From the human T2T-CHM13v2.0 reference genome, Homo sapiens, in the NCBI RefSeq assembly GCF_009914755.1, contig NC_060947.1: DNA of 64,000 bases, one strand, 5' to 3'. The position numbers and the translations under genes are program-made. Under the pieces are notes generated by a model. It saw nothing but the letters and a program-made list of their open reading frames with translations. It searched no databases and was not told the DNA's origin. Below are positions 14,231-28,977 of this stretch, one piece after another; the first letter of the stretch is position 1; each line of letters opens with the position of its first letter.

Positions 14231-14620
14231 TAACAAAATGACCATAGTAAAAGCTAACATACTCCCTTGCTTTCACTGTATATCCTTATATACAACGAAA
14301 AGGCCTCATTCCTCTAGTCACATGAACAGGGGAAACACATATGACTAAGTAGAGATAAGGATGATGAAGTTTGGAGAGTAATGAGTGCTTCCCATCCTGC
14401 TTCTTCCGCCGAAGGGATGGAATTTACAAAACCTAAAGGTTTCATGTCTTCCCTCAATTAGCGCTATCATCTCTATACCATGAATGATACTATAAGGCTT
14501 ACATCAATGCCCAACAGAGTCAAAGAATCAGGTTTGTGCCATATCTGCTAGCATACTTAGTGCATTCACTGTGAGAAACAGTCAACGGGAAAGGAGTAGG
14601 GACAGGGACTCTCTGTTTTC

Positions 14621-14893
14621 TTTTTTTTTTTTTTTTTTAATTATACTTTAAGTGTTAGGGTACATGTGCACATTGTGCAGGTTAGTTACATATGTATACA
14701 TGTGCCATGCTGGTGCGCTGCACCCACTAACTCGTCATCTAGCATTAGGTATATCTCCCAGTGCTATCCCTCCCCCCTCCCACCACCCCACCACAGTCCC
14801 CAGAGTGTGATATTCCCCTTCCTGTGTCCATGTGATCTCATTGTTCAATTCCCACCTATGAGTGAGAATATGCAGTGTTTGGTTTTTTGTTCT
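14621..14893 (-). mobile_element. Young 5'-truncated L1 (L1PA2-like) 3' end
   Basis: Poly(T) then L1 3'UTR; sense ctagatgacGAGttagtggg and cacaatgtg diagnostics; TSD tctgttttc at 14612-14620 and 14891-14899. Confidence 0.85.
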
Positions 14894-15145
14894 GTTTTCA
14901 TTTTCCATATCCTTATTTCTTCATATGGTGGGGATGGAGGGTGAAAGCAGGATAGAGACTGTCTCAGGGTATACAATTCATCTACTCACAATGGATTTGC
15001 GAGTAATGCAGAGCTTCTGTTTGCTCTCAATAGAGGAGCAAGCACATCCTACTGATGGAATCCCCATAAAACCTATCTTACGTATTGGGGTGATGGAAGG
15101 GAAAAAGAGGAATATATAATTAGTCTTTCTTTGTACTTAACCACC

Positions 15146-15681
15146 TATATTATTCAGGGTTCTCTAGAGGGACAGAACTAATACGATAGATATATATATA
15201 TGAAAGTGAGTTTATTAAGGAGTATTGACTCACACGATTACAAGGTGAGGTCCTACAAGAGGCTGTCTGCAAGCTGAAGAGCAAAGAAGCCATTCTGAGT
15301 CCCAAAACTTCAAAAGCAGTCTTCAGTCTGTGGCTGAAGGTCTGAGAGCCCCTGGCAAATCACTCATATAAGTCCGAGAGTCCAAAAGCTGAAGAACTTG
15401 GAGTCTAATGTTTGAGGGTAGGAAGCATCTAGCATGGGAGAAAGATGAAGTCTGGAAGACTCAGCAAGTCAAGTCCTTCCAACTTCTTCTGCCTGCTTTA
15501 TTCTAACTACACTGATGGCAGATAATTAGACGATGCCCACCTATATGGAGGGTGGGTCTGCCTCTCCCAGTCCACTAATTCAACGTTAATCACCTTTGGC
15601 AATGTCCTCACCGACACACTCAGGAAAAATATTTTGCATCCTTCAATCCAATCATGTTGACACTCAATATTAACCATCCCA
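15146..15681 (-). mobile_element. MLT2A(2)-like solo LTR (HERV-L)
   Basis: cagggttctctagagggacagaactaata ... caatccaatcatgttgacactcaatattaaccatc; TSD CCACC at 15141-15145 and 15682-15686. Confidence 0.85.
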
Positions 15682-16469
15682 CCACCTATGAAGAGAGGAG
15701 CAGAATCCTCAGATTATTCACAGGAACTCTTGAAATTAGTAGCATTGGAAAGAAATGGCAATAATTTGATGAAGGAGCTGGAAATTTGCTGGTAGCTTCT
15801 CACACTGGACATTGCTTTGTGGATTCTCACGCTCCTTAAAGTTATGGGCAAAGCATTGGCTGCATTGGTTTTGCATCTACCCTTAAGAAAAACAGCAAAA
15901 AAAAGGCTGGGAAAAATTAAATATAAGAAGAAAGGTAAAATATTACAGTTTCATTTATAATGACTGTGCAACCTATGTCACAGGCAAGAGAGGTAAGGAA
16001 TAGTGGGAAGGTTTTAATAGAGAAAAGATAGCATACTCAAATTGAGACAATCATTCCAAAGGGCCACTTTACCAAAGAGTAGGCATATGGAAACATTGAG
16101 GGAGGATGCATTAGTGAAGAAAGGGAGCAATTTCCAAAGCTGGAAAATAGAAAGTCTTGTATAATTATCTCGGAGGGGCAAAGTGACCTTTGGTTTTGAA
16201 TACGGCTAATTCAAGATGATGTTCAGTAAGGGGATGTCCAGGGAAATTAATAACCCTACCTAACTCTTCTCCTTCAACTCTCTTACTCCTCAGGCCCCAA
16301 CAGCTTAACCCATCAGAGAGACTGGTAGAGAAACACCGCATTTAATAATGCTCTCTTTCTTCCTGGAAGGCCTTAAGGGTAGCAGCTATGCAATGTTACA
16401 GATCTTCGACACCAAGAACTAAGTCTTAGGTATCATAAAGACATAATTATCATTATATAGCAAAATATT

Positions 16470-16544
16470 TAAAAGTTTCTGCTACTTACTAGTTCTGTGA
16501 CCTTGGGTAAAATCCTTAACCTCTTTGAAACTGAGTTTCTTCAC

Positions 16545-16576
<32 letters not shown>

Positions 16577-16660
16577 TTTTTATGAAATTGTAAAGGTTAA
16601 ACAAAAATGATCACAAAGCTTAGCATGTAGTAAATATTTTGTAACTAGTAACTCTTATTA
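16470..16660 (+). mobile_element. MIR SINE containing a (TAA)n microsatellite (about 16546-16576)
   Basis: ctgctacttactagttctgtgaccttggg...ttaacctct...agtttcttca. Confidence 0.7.
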
Positions 16661-16815
16661 TAAAAGAACAAATGAATTAATGAAAAATCAGAAAAATACC
16701 TTTTTATAAGGTCTTCCTAGCAGTAAGATTTTTGAATATTTTTTACAAATAGTATTTCTTGGCCTAAGGGACCTCTTAGGAATAAACTATTTTGCCCATT
16801 AAAACATGGATTTTG

Positions 16816-17146
<331 letters not shown>

Positions 17147-19054
17147 CTAACCTGTTAGTAGAGCATGCTATTTTGAGACTATTAAAGCGCACAGGCAAAA
17201 AAAAAGATGGAAGGTTTCACAGATTATTGAGGCTTGGGATACATTATTTTAAAAATTTCTACAACCCAACAGTTTCATTTTTGCACTTCTGAGTTTTTAA
17301 CAAATTGGATTCATTGTTCAAAAGGACACCACTGACAGTCATTTAGAATGCCAAGGGCCACCAATAACCTGGGATCTTCATATTAGCTTGCAAAGTGTCT
17401 CCAAATGTTTCTTTCTTAACAAATCTAATGATTAAAGTAAAGTTTAGGTTAGATGACTGTTCAGTCCCAGGATGACCTGCAGAAATTGTCGGTTAGACCC
17501 AAATCTTGCTCTAGATGTGCAGCATTTGGCCCTTTAATCATTCATCTGTCTCTAATTACCACCAACTCACATCAAGGAGCAATTGCTCCTTACAGTCTAG
17601 CGTGATTGACTGAAATCAAACTCTAATTTGAATGTGATTATGCCAATGAATTTTAAACTTTCAATTGGTAATAAATCACAGTGATGCTAGTAGTGTTGTT
17701 TTTGGTATCTCAATTTTCAGCTCCTGACTCCCTGGGCACGATTAAGGTAGGCACTTTCAATGAGATCTATGACCCACCATATTTTTGATAATGAAAATCA
17801 GCAGTCTGCTTCAACTTTTCTCCTGGCTTCTCAGCATGTCATTGGCCAGACTACCAAGGCACAGGCTGGCGTAATTCAGCCCATCCTAGAATCAACGTAC
17901 TCCCTCCTTACAGAGACGTTTACAAAATGGTACATGCTGATCAGGGCTATATTGTTAGAAATAATGATGCTCTGAAACTCTAAGGTCAAGTTCAAATCCT
18001 GGCTCTATCTGGAGGCACCTAGACTTTCTGTTGAAGTAAAGGACGCAATTCTTTACTTTAAAACACCTCCTCAGGACGCATAAACTTAAGACAGAACAAA
18101 ACTGGTGGAAGCTCAGGTATTTTAATTTTATATTACACTCCACCACCTGTGTCCAACAGGAAACCAATATTTTCTTATACATACTATAATATCTAGCCCA
18201 AGGCAGCCTGAGAAAAATTTTATTTGAGCCCAATTCTTGAATGGATCAAGTATGACTCACTAGGGTACAGCAACAATGACAATTTGGCCCTCTGCTTGTT
18301 TATTCTTTTAATTTAGAGAAGTGTGTGGTGGTATATATTTTTTTTAATCCACCAATTTCCACTTTTATACCCCAGTTAGGCAAAGTTGTAGCTGGTTCTA
18401 CAGTTATGGCATGATACTCTTCTCCCTCCATGTTTAAAAAAGTACAGTCCGTGGCTCTGACTTCTGATAGCTGTAGATACCAGGAGACATGTAGTATTAT
18501 AAAAATCCAAGCCAAGATAAAGTGTCTGATTGGGAAATCTAATGCTTCCTTCAGCCACCATCTAACCCACAGTGATTGTAAACCAAGGCTTGGAATAATA
18601 TTTTCTTAGCTATTACCACACTGTTAGACTTCTTATCTTGAAAGACAAGCAGAATTTAATTGAGGCCCATAGAGCTATGCATACTTCAGGTAAAGCAGGT
18701 AAGGCTTATACTCTAACTCACATTCGTAAAATCACTACGAAACAGATATACCTGTCTTACAATTCCCCATTGCCTATGAGAAAGAAACCACTATTAGCAC
18801 TTGATATTCACCTCAGAATAAAAGACCATCAGAACTAAACCAGCCACGCCCTACATCCCTAATTAGGTTCTTTAAGGAGCCTATTTTGCCCCGGGCATTC
18901 TTCATCCTCTAGCTGTTCCTCCACATAAAACTCTTTACATTCACAAATCTACCTTCTTCTCACATCCTTTTGCAACTACCAAGGACTCACTTTCTCCATT
19001 TTATCATTTAGATTTTGTCTCTAATGTCAGCTAATCTACAATTTGACCTATTCA

Positions 19055-20570
<1,516 letters not shown>

Positions 20571-20618
20571 AATTGATAAAAAGATATATGTATATATATA
20601 CTTGATATGTATATGTAT

Positions 20619-20680
20619 TTACGTGTGTCTATATATTTGATTTTCAATATTACGTGTGTCTATATATTTGATTTTCAATA
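20619..20680. repeat. Perfect 31-bp tandem duplication
   Basis: ttacgtgtgtctatatatttgattttcaata occurs twice in tandem. Confidence 0.9.
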
Positions 20681-22486
20681 AAGATAAAATTAGCTCTGTA
20701 GCCTGTTTCGTGTGTACCAGTGGGTATACTAACTGCTAATAATTAAGCTACACAATAAATATGAGTGGAATTAATAAAGGAAAATGCCATAAATTATAAT
20801 TAAAAACCAATATAAATAAAATATAACAAAATTTTCAATTAGAAGTACATATGTATGGAAGAACATGGAAGCTTGTATGAGTGTATTTGTTAATTGATTG
20901 ATTTTTCAGTATACCTGAGCCAACTACTTTGAGAATTGTTGTTGATGCCTTAAGGCCATGCTATGTACTGGAAGCTCATGTTTGCAAAATGTGTGATTAA
21001 AAAATCAGTTAATTCAAATTTCTATTTTACATGAAATTGACTAGGGATAAGCAACAGCAAGAGAGGGTCAATCAACAGTGGTCAGAGATTGGGATACAGA
21101 GAAAAATTCAAAACCATAGAAGACTCTTGCAATAAATATGTTTAAATATCAGGGATAAATACAGAGGAACTAGGGATAAAGTTTTAAAAACCTTTAAAGA
21201 AGCACCTACACATGTGTAGAGCGTTATTTTACTTCACTTCAGCAACCTCTAACTAACCAATTATATTAATGATAATCATGAATCAAGGATCTCAGCAGTG
21301 CTTACCTGTCTCATAATGAAGGATGTCTGCTTATTCTTCATCCCCAAAGAGGTCTGCAGCTCAGAAGGGCTGAGGCATATAGAAAACTGAAGCCAGCTTG
21401 CCTTGATGACTCTGAGGAATATGCCAGGCTAAGAGATAAAAATGATCAAAGAAATACATGATTATTCTAATTCACATTAGCATGAGAAAGAAAGTAAATT
21501 AATTCATATATTGTGAATGAAAGAATGTTATTGACCATGATTAGTCTGCAAACAGTATCTCATGCTGTTTATTCATTAATGGCTCTTTTTAGCACTTTTT
21601 TCTGCCACATTTAGTAAGCACTTCATGTAAAAGAGTGTGCCTCTGAGTATTCATAACACACATTCGTGAACCATCTAGCCAGATTCACGTTGTACACTTT
21701 TCCAAGTTGAAGTCTCCAGCAGCCAATTTCACAATTCTTTGTCCTATAAAATTCTTACTTTATCCCTACACTGTGGTATGAAGTATCATTTCCTTAATCT
21801 TGATTTTGGCTTATCTCTCATATGCTCTATACTGGCACCTCAGTGCTGCAACCTTGGGGAAACCGTGGGCTTGGTTATATGCAAACTATTTCTGGCCTAG
21901 GAATAGAATTAGGACAACTATCATCAGGTCTTTGTGGCTCAATCTAGCTCCAACAATGGAAATGAATTATCATGGTAAGGAAACCTTGTTTTTGTTGCTT
22001 AAAATGTATTAGACCAGTCTAAGAAATAATAACTGCTTGGCAATCTGAAAAGTGTTTTCATCTAGTAAGCAGCAGAGGGGTTTAGTATTGTTAACACTTT
22101 GTTAAAAGAAAAAAAAAAAGCATGGTATTACAGCCAAAAGAGGATTTGAACCTTTTATCTCATTTGAGAAGTAAGTAAAGCTTTATGGAACTATCACCTT
22201 GAATAAGCCCACCATAATCATAAAGCACATTTACTTATTTAATTGTATTTTTGTTTTCATCTAACCCTTATAACTATCATAATTAGTATATTTAGCTAGT
22301 TCTTCTCCTCCCTCTGGGAAAGAAGTTGCGTAAGCCTCATGGCTTTTCTGATAATTCTTACATAATAAAAGGTTATAAGGTCCTCTGGGAACACTTTAAA
22401 ATATCCAGTCCCATGAAATAAATAAAACTCCAAATTTAATATAAACTTAAAGCTCCATCTCTTTCCTGAAGTCATTGAAAGGGGTA

Positions 22487-22852
22487 TACTATGGTTTGAA
22501 TATGTTCCCCAAAAACACATGTTGAAAACTTAATCCTCAATGCAATCGTGTTGGAAGGTGGAGCCTAATGGAAGATGTTTAGGTCATGAGGGTGGAACCT
22601 CCATGAATAGATTAATGCAGATTCTAAGAGGGCTTGAGACTGTGAGCTAGATCTTTTGCTCTCTCACACACATCCTCTTGCCACGTGATGCCTATCACCA
22701 TGTTACGGTGCATCAAGAAGGACCTTACCAGATATGGTCCTGTGACCTTGGGCTTTCCAGCCTCCAGAACCATGAGCCAAATAAGCTTCTTTTGTTTTTA
22801 AAGTATCCAGTGTGTGGTATTCTGTTATTGCAACACAAAACAAATTAAGACA
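22487..22852 (+). mobile_element. MST-type (MSTB/C/D) MaLR solo LTR
   Basis: tactatggtttgaatatg...catgaatagattaatg...cagcctccagaacc...aattaagaca; TSD gggt[a/g]. Confidence 0.8.
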
Positions 22853-25800
22853 GGGTGTGTTCCTTTCCTACTTTGTGTTTCTATTCCTCTTCTCCTAATT
22901 TTTAAACTAAGGTTTATATCCTCAGAATTGGAGCAAGGAGAGGAAGGGGAAATAATGGAGTAGGGATGTGTCTGCATGACTAATACTATCCTGGTTATCT
23001 AATTCTACCATTCTCTGAGTGTGAGGCTGCCTTTCTGGCAGTGTGATTCCAGGGGTTCTTCCGGCATCTCGCATTACTGTAGATACTCATCTGAAGTTTC
23101 CTTGATGAGAGCTGTACCCATCAGGGTCCCATCAGTTTACAGGTGGTACATTCAAATCTAGATAATTTGAATAAGGTTTACTTTAAAATGGATTATTTAC
23201 AAAATTGTGAATGGAGAATAGGCAAATGGTAAAGAAGAGTAAGGTGACCTCGGGATAGTGACAGTGAGTGTTGCTACCTCTACGCCTAAAAAGATGAGAA
23301 AAGGGAGTGATCACCAGTAACCAGAAGGAAACTGTCATGAAGAGAAGGAAAAAATGAGGGAAAAAAAAGAAATTGATCAAAGGTGATAATAAGATGAGGT
23401 GCCTCAGATAAAAATAAGCAAGAATCCAACATTCTAATATAATTTTCTACTTTCTTTATATCTTCTGCTGTGGATTCCCTTTGTAAAACTCAACTGGAAG
23501 CCAGAGAGCAAGGTAGCCCTATTATGTAGTGCATCAAGGTCAGCCTTCTAGGGCAAGGAATAGATGTAGATAAGTGGAGAGAGGAGGTCTTAGAGTGGGG
23601 CAAGATGGCAAAACAGAAGGCTCAACCATCACCCCTGTAAGGACACCAATGTAACAAATATCTACATAAAAAAGGACCTTTATAAGAACCCCAAATCAAG
23701 AGAACACTCACAGTACCTGGTTTTAACTTCATATCACTGAAAAAGGCATTGAAGAGATAGGAAAAAAATAGCTTTGACTTACAAATGCCACCAACTCCCA
23801 ATGCCCCGGCAGGGTCAGCGTGGTGCATAGAGCATTTCTGTGCAATGGGGAGAGAGAGCACAGCAACTGTGAGGCACTGAACTCACTACTGCCCTATTGT
23901 AGCAGAACAAAATCCAGACCAAACTCAGGTAACACCCAACCACGGAGGGAAAAATTAAATCAGCCTTAGCCAGAGAAGAATTGCTGATCCCAGCAGTTGA
24001 AAATTGAGCTCCTGTAAGCCCTGCAACCATGGGCTAAAGGGCTCTGTGTCTCTAAGTAAACATTAAAGGCAGTCTAGGCCATAACAACTACAAATCTTAG
24101 TCGAGTCCTAGTGCTGAAATAGGCTCAGAGACAGTGGACTGTGTGGGGCACCTGACCTACTGAGACACTAGCTGGAGTAGCCAAGGGAGTGCTGGGATCT
24201 CCTCCTACCTAATACCAGGCTTCACGCCTCATAGCTCCAAAATATATTCCTTCCTTCTGCATAAAGGGAGGAGAAAAAAGAGTGGGGAGAACTTTGTCTT
24301 GCATTTTGGATACCAGTTCAGTCACAGCTGAATGGGGCAACAGAGTCATGAGGCCTTCTATCCAGGACTTAGCTCCCAGATGACATTTCTGGACACACTC
24401 TGGGCCAGAGAGGAACCCACTATCATGAAGGGAAGGACCCAGTCCTGGCAGGATTCATCACCTGCTAACTGAATAGCCCTTGGGCCTTGAATAACCAGCA
24501 ATGATACCCATGTAATACCCAGGTACTACATAGAGGGATTTGGGTAAGACTCTGAGACTTGCTGGATTTAGGTAAGATTCAGCACATTTCCAGCGGTGGT
24601 GACTATGGGGTAAAAATCCTTCTGCGTGAGAAAAGCAGAAGGAAAAGTAAAGGGTACGTTTCTTGCACTTTGGGTACCAGCATGGCCACAGGCAGGTAGA
24701 GCATCAAGGAGGCTCTTAGGATCACTGATTTCAGGACTTGGCTCTTGGATGGCATTTCTAGACCTGCCCTGCAACTGAGAGGAGCCCAGTGCTCTGAAGA
24801 ATGAGTCCCAGCCTAGGCTACATTCACCCCAAGCTGACTTAAAAACTCAGGCCTTCAGGGAATAGTGGTGATAGTCTGACTGTAATCCCCATGGGCCTGT
24901 GGTCGTGGTGGCCATGGGATGAGTCTCCTCTGTCTCTGGAAAGGAGAAAGAAGAGTGTGAAGGAGTGAATCTTGTGGGTTAGGTGCCAGCTCAGCTGTAG
25001 TACAATAGAGCACCAGGTAGGCTTCTAAGGTTTTTTGTCTCTAGTTTCTGACTCCCAGGTGACAGCTCTGGACCTGCTTGAGACCTGGGGGAACTTGATG
25101 GTCTGAAGCAAAGGACACCTTTGCCACCTCCTGATTGTAAAGCCACAGAGCCTTGAGCAAACAAAGGCAGTAACCAAGGAGTGGTTACAGCAGAAGGGCC
25201 TGTGTGAGACCAAGTGCTGTGCTGGTTTTAGGTCTGACCAAGCATAGTCCTAGTGAAGGTGGCCATAGGGGTGCTGTGTCACTTCACCACCAGCTCCATG
25301 TGGCTCAAAATCAAGAGAGAGACTCCATTTGTTTGGGAGAAGGTAAGGGAAGAGAACAACAGTTTCTGCCTGGTAATCTAGAGAATGTTTTCCGATCTTG
25401 CCCAAGACCATCAAGGTGGCACCTCTACCAGTCTGCAAGAACCACAGTGCTATTGGGCTTGGGGTACTCCCTGAAACAGAAATTGCTTAGATTGCAATAC
25501 CTACATCCTATCTAATATCTGGAAAGCCTTCCAAAGAAGGAAGGGTACTAGCAAGCCCATATTGAAAAGTCTAAAATAAATACCTAACTCTTCAATGCCC
25601 AGATACAGAAGAACATCTAAAAGTATCAAGAAAAACATGACCTCACCAAACGAACTACATAAACCACCAGTGACCAGCCCTAGAGAAGAAGAGATATGTG
25701 AATTTTCAGACAGAGAAGTCAAAATAGCAGTTTCGAAGAAACTAAAACATATTAAAAATAACATGGAGAAGGAATTAAGTATTCTATCAGACAAATTAAA

Positions 25801-26754
25801 CACAGAGATTAAAATCATTAAAACAAATCAAGCAGAAATTCTGGAGTTGAAAAATGCAGTTGGTATAGTATATAATGCATCAGAGTGTTTTAATAGCAGA
25901 ATTGTTCAAGCAAAATAAAGAATTAGTGAGCTTGAAGAGAGGCTATTTAAAAATACACAGCCAGAAGAGAAAAAGTAAAAATAAATAAAACAATGAAGCA
26001 TGCCAACAAAATCCAGAAAATAGCCTCAAAAGGGCATACCTAAGAGTAACTGGCCTTCAAGAGAAGATAAAGAGATAATGTGTAGAAATATTATTCCAGG
26101 GGGTAATATCAGAGAACTTCCCAAACCTAGAAAAATGTATCAATATTCAAGTACAAGAAGGTTATAGAACACCAAGCAGATATAACCCAAATAATAATAC
26201 CTCAAGGCATTTAATAATCAAATTTCCAAAGGTCAAGAATAAAGAAAGAATCCTAAAATCAGCAAGAGAAAAGAAACAAATGGAACTTCAATATGTCTGG
26301 CAGCGGACTTTTCAGTGGAAACCTAACAGGCCAGAAAAGAGTGATGTTAAATATTTAGAGTGCTGAGGAAAAAAATGTTTTACCTTAGATTAGTATATGT
26401 GATGAAAATATTCTTCAAACAAAAGGACAAATGAAAATTTACTCAGACCAACAAAAGCTGAGAGAGTTCATCAAAATATGACCTGTCCTAAAAGAAATGC
26501 TAAAGAAGTGCTTCAATCAGAATGAAAAGAATGTTAATGAGCAAGAAGAAATCATCTGAAGGTACAAAACTCACTATTAATAGTTTGTACACAGAAAAAC
26601 ACAGAATATTACAACATTGTGCCATGTGTAAACTACTCTTCAGTAGAAAGACTAAACGAAGAACCAATCAAAAATAATGATTACAATTTCTCAAGACATA
26701 CCCTGTACAGTAAGATATAGATAGAAACAACAAGAAGTTAAAAAGCAAGAGACA

Positions 26755-27139
<385 letters not shown>

Positions 27140-27934
27140 TTATCAGCCTAAAATAGCGGGTTATAAGATAATATTTGCCAACCTCATGGTAACTTCAAAC
27201 CAAAAAACATACAACAACTTCACAAAAAAATAAATGTAAGAGATTGAATTATATCACCAGAGAAAATCTCCTTCACTAAAAGGAAGACAGGAAGAAAACA
27301 AAGAAGAGAAAGAAAACAAAGAAAAATAATAAAATGGAAGGAGTAAGTCCTTACTTACAAATAATAACATTGAATGTAAATGGACTAAACTCTCCAATCG
27401 AGAGACATGGAGTGGCTGAATAGATAGAAAAATAAAGCTCAATGATGCTTTGCCTACAAGAAACACATTTATCTTACAAGGAGACACATAGATTGAAAAT
27501 AAAGAAACAGAAAAAGATGTTTCATACCAATGGAAACCAAAAAAGAGCAAAAGTAGCTATATTTATATCAGACAAAATAGATGTCAAGACAAAACCAATA
27601 AGAAAATATAACGAAGATAAAGGGGTCAATTCGACAGAAAGACATAACAGTTTTAAATAGACATAGATCCAACACTGGGACACCCAGACATATAAAGCAA
27701 ATATTATTCGAGCTAAGGAGAGAGATAGGCCCCAAACCAATAATAGCTGGAGCCCATAATACTTTCAGGATTAGATAAACCTTCCAGACAAAAAATCAAC
27801 AAAGAAGCATTGGACTTAATCTGCATTAGAGACCAAATGGTTCTAATAGATATTTACAGGCCATTTCATCCAATGGCTACAGAATACACATTCTTCTCCA
27901 CAGGGATAATTCTCAAGGATAGAAGATACGGTAG

Positions 27935-28298
27935 TGACATGGTTTGGCTTTGTGTCCCCACCCAAATCTCATTTTGAATTGCAATTCCATAATTTTCATG
28001 TGTTGTGGCTGGCACCCAGTGGGAGGTAATTGAGTCACTGGGGTGGTTTTCCCCTCTGCTGTTCTTGTGATAGTGAGTGAGTTCTCATGAAATCTGATGA
28101 TTTTATAAGGGGCTTCCCCCTTTGCTCGGCACTCATTCTCTCTCCTGCCACCATGTGAAGAGGGGATTTCCAGCATGACTGTAAGTTTCCTGAAGCCTCT
28201 CCAGCCATGTGGAAATGTGAGTCAATTAAACCTCTTTCCTTTATAAATTACCCAGTCTTGGGTATGTCATTATAGCAGTGTGAGAATGAACTAATACA
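27935..28298 (+). mobile_element. THE1(C/D)-like solo LTR, nested in L1 ORF2
   Basis: tgacatggtttggctttgtgtccccacccaaatctc...caattaaacctctttcc...ctaataca; TSD g[g/a]tag. Confidence 0.88.
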
Positions 28299-28557
28299 GA
28301 TAGGTCACAAAATAAGTCTTAAAATATTAAAAAATAATAAAATAATACCAAGCATCTTCTCTGACCACAATAGAATAAAACTAGAAATCAAAAACAGAAT
28401 AAGTTTTGAAAAGTATAAAAATACATAGAAATTAAGCAATATGCTACTGAGTGACCAGTGTGTCTATGAAGAAATTAAGAAGGAAGTTGAAAAATGTCTT
28501 AAAAACAAATGATAACAGAAACATAACAACACCTATGGGATACAGCAAAAGGAGTTC

Positions 28558-28977
28558 TCATATGGTATGGATCTGTGTCCCCACCCAAATCTCATGTTGA
28601 AATGCAATCCCCAGTGCTGGAGGTGGAGCTTGGTGAAAGGTGATTGGCTCATAGGGGTGGTTTCTAATGGCTTAGCACCATTGCCCTAGTGCTGTTCTAG
28701 TGATAGAGTTCTCACAAGATCTGGTTTTTTAAAATGTATAGCACCTTCACCATCTGTCTCTCTTTCTCCTGCTCTGGCCATGTGAGATGTCTCTATCCCC
28801 TTTTGCCTTCCACCATGATTTTAAGTTTCCTGAGGCCTCCCCAGAAGCTGAGCAAAAGCAGAAGTCATCATACTTCCTATACAGCCTGCAGAACCGTGAG
28901 TCAATTAAACCTCTTTTCTTTATGAATTACCTAGTCTCAGATATTTTGTTAGCGTTGCGTGAGAACAGACTACTACA
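28558..28977 (+). mobile_element. MSTA-like solo LTR, nested in L1 ORF2
   Basis: ggatctgtgtccccacccaaatctcatgttgaaatg...cctgcagaaccgtgagtcaattaaacc; TSD agt[t/a]c. Confidence 0.85.

Noticed and set aside
17574-17591. Perfect 18-bp palindrome AAGGAGCAATTGCTCCTT
   Set aside because: A 9-bp-arm palindrome is not unexpected by chance in 64 kb, and there is no supporting context.
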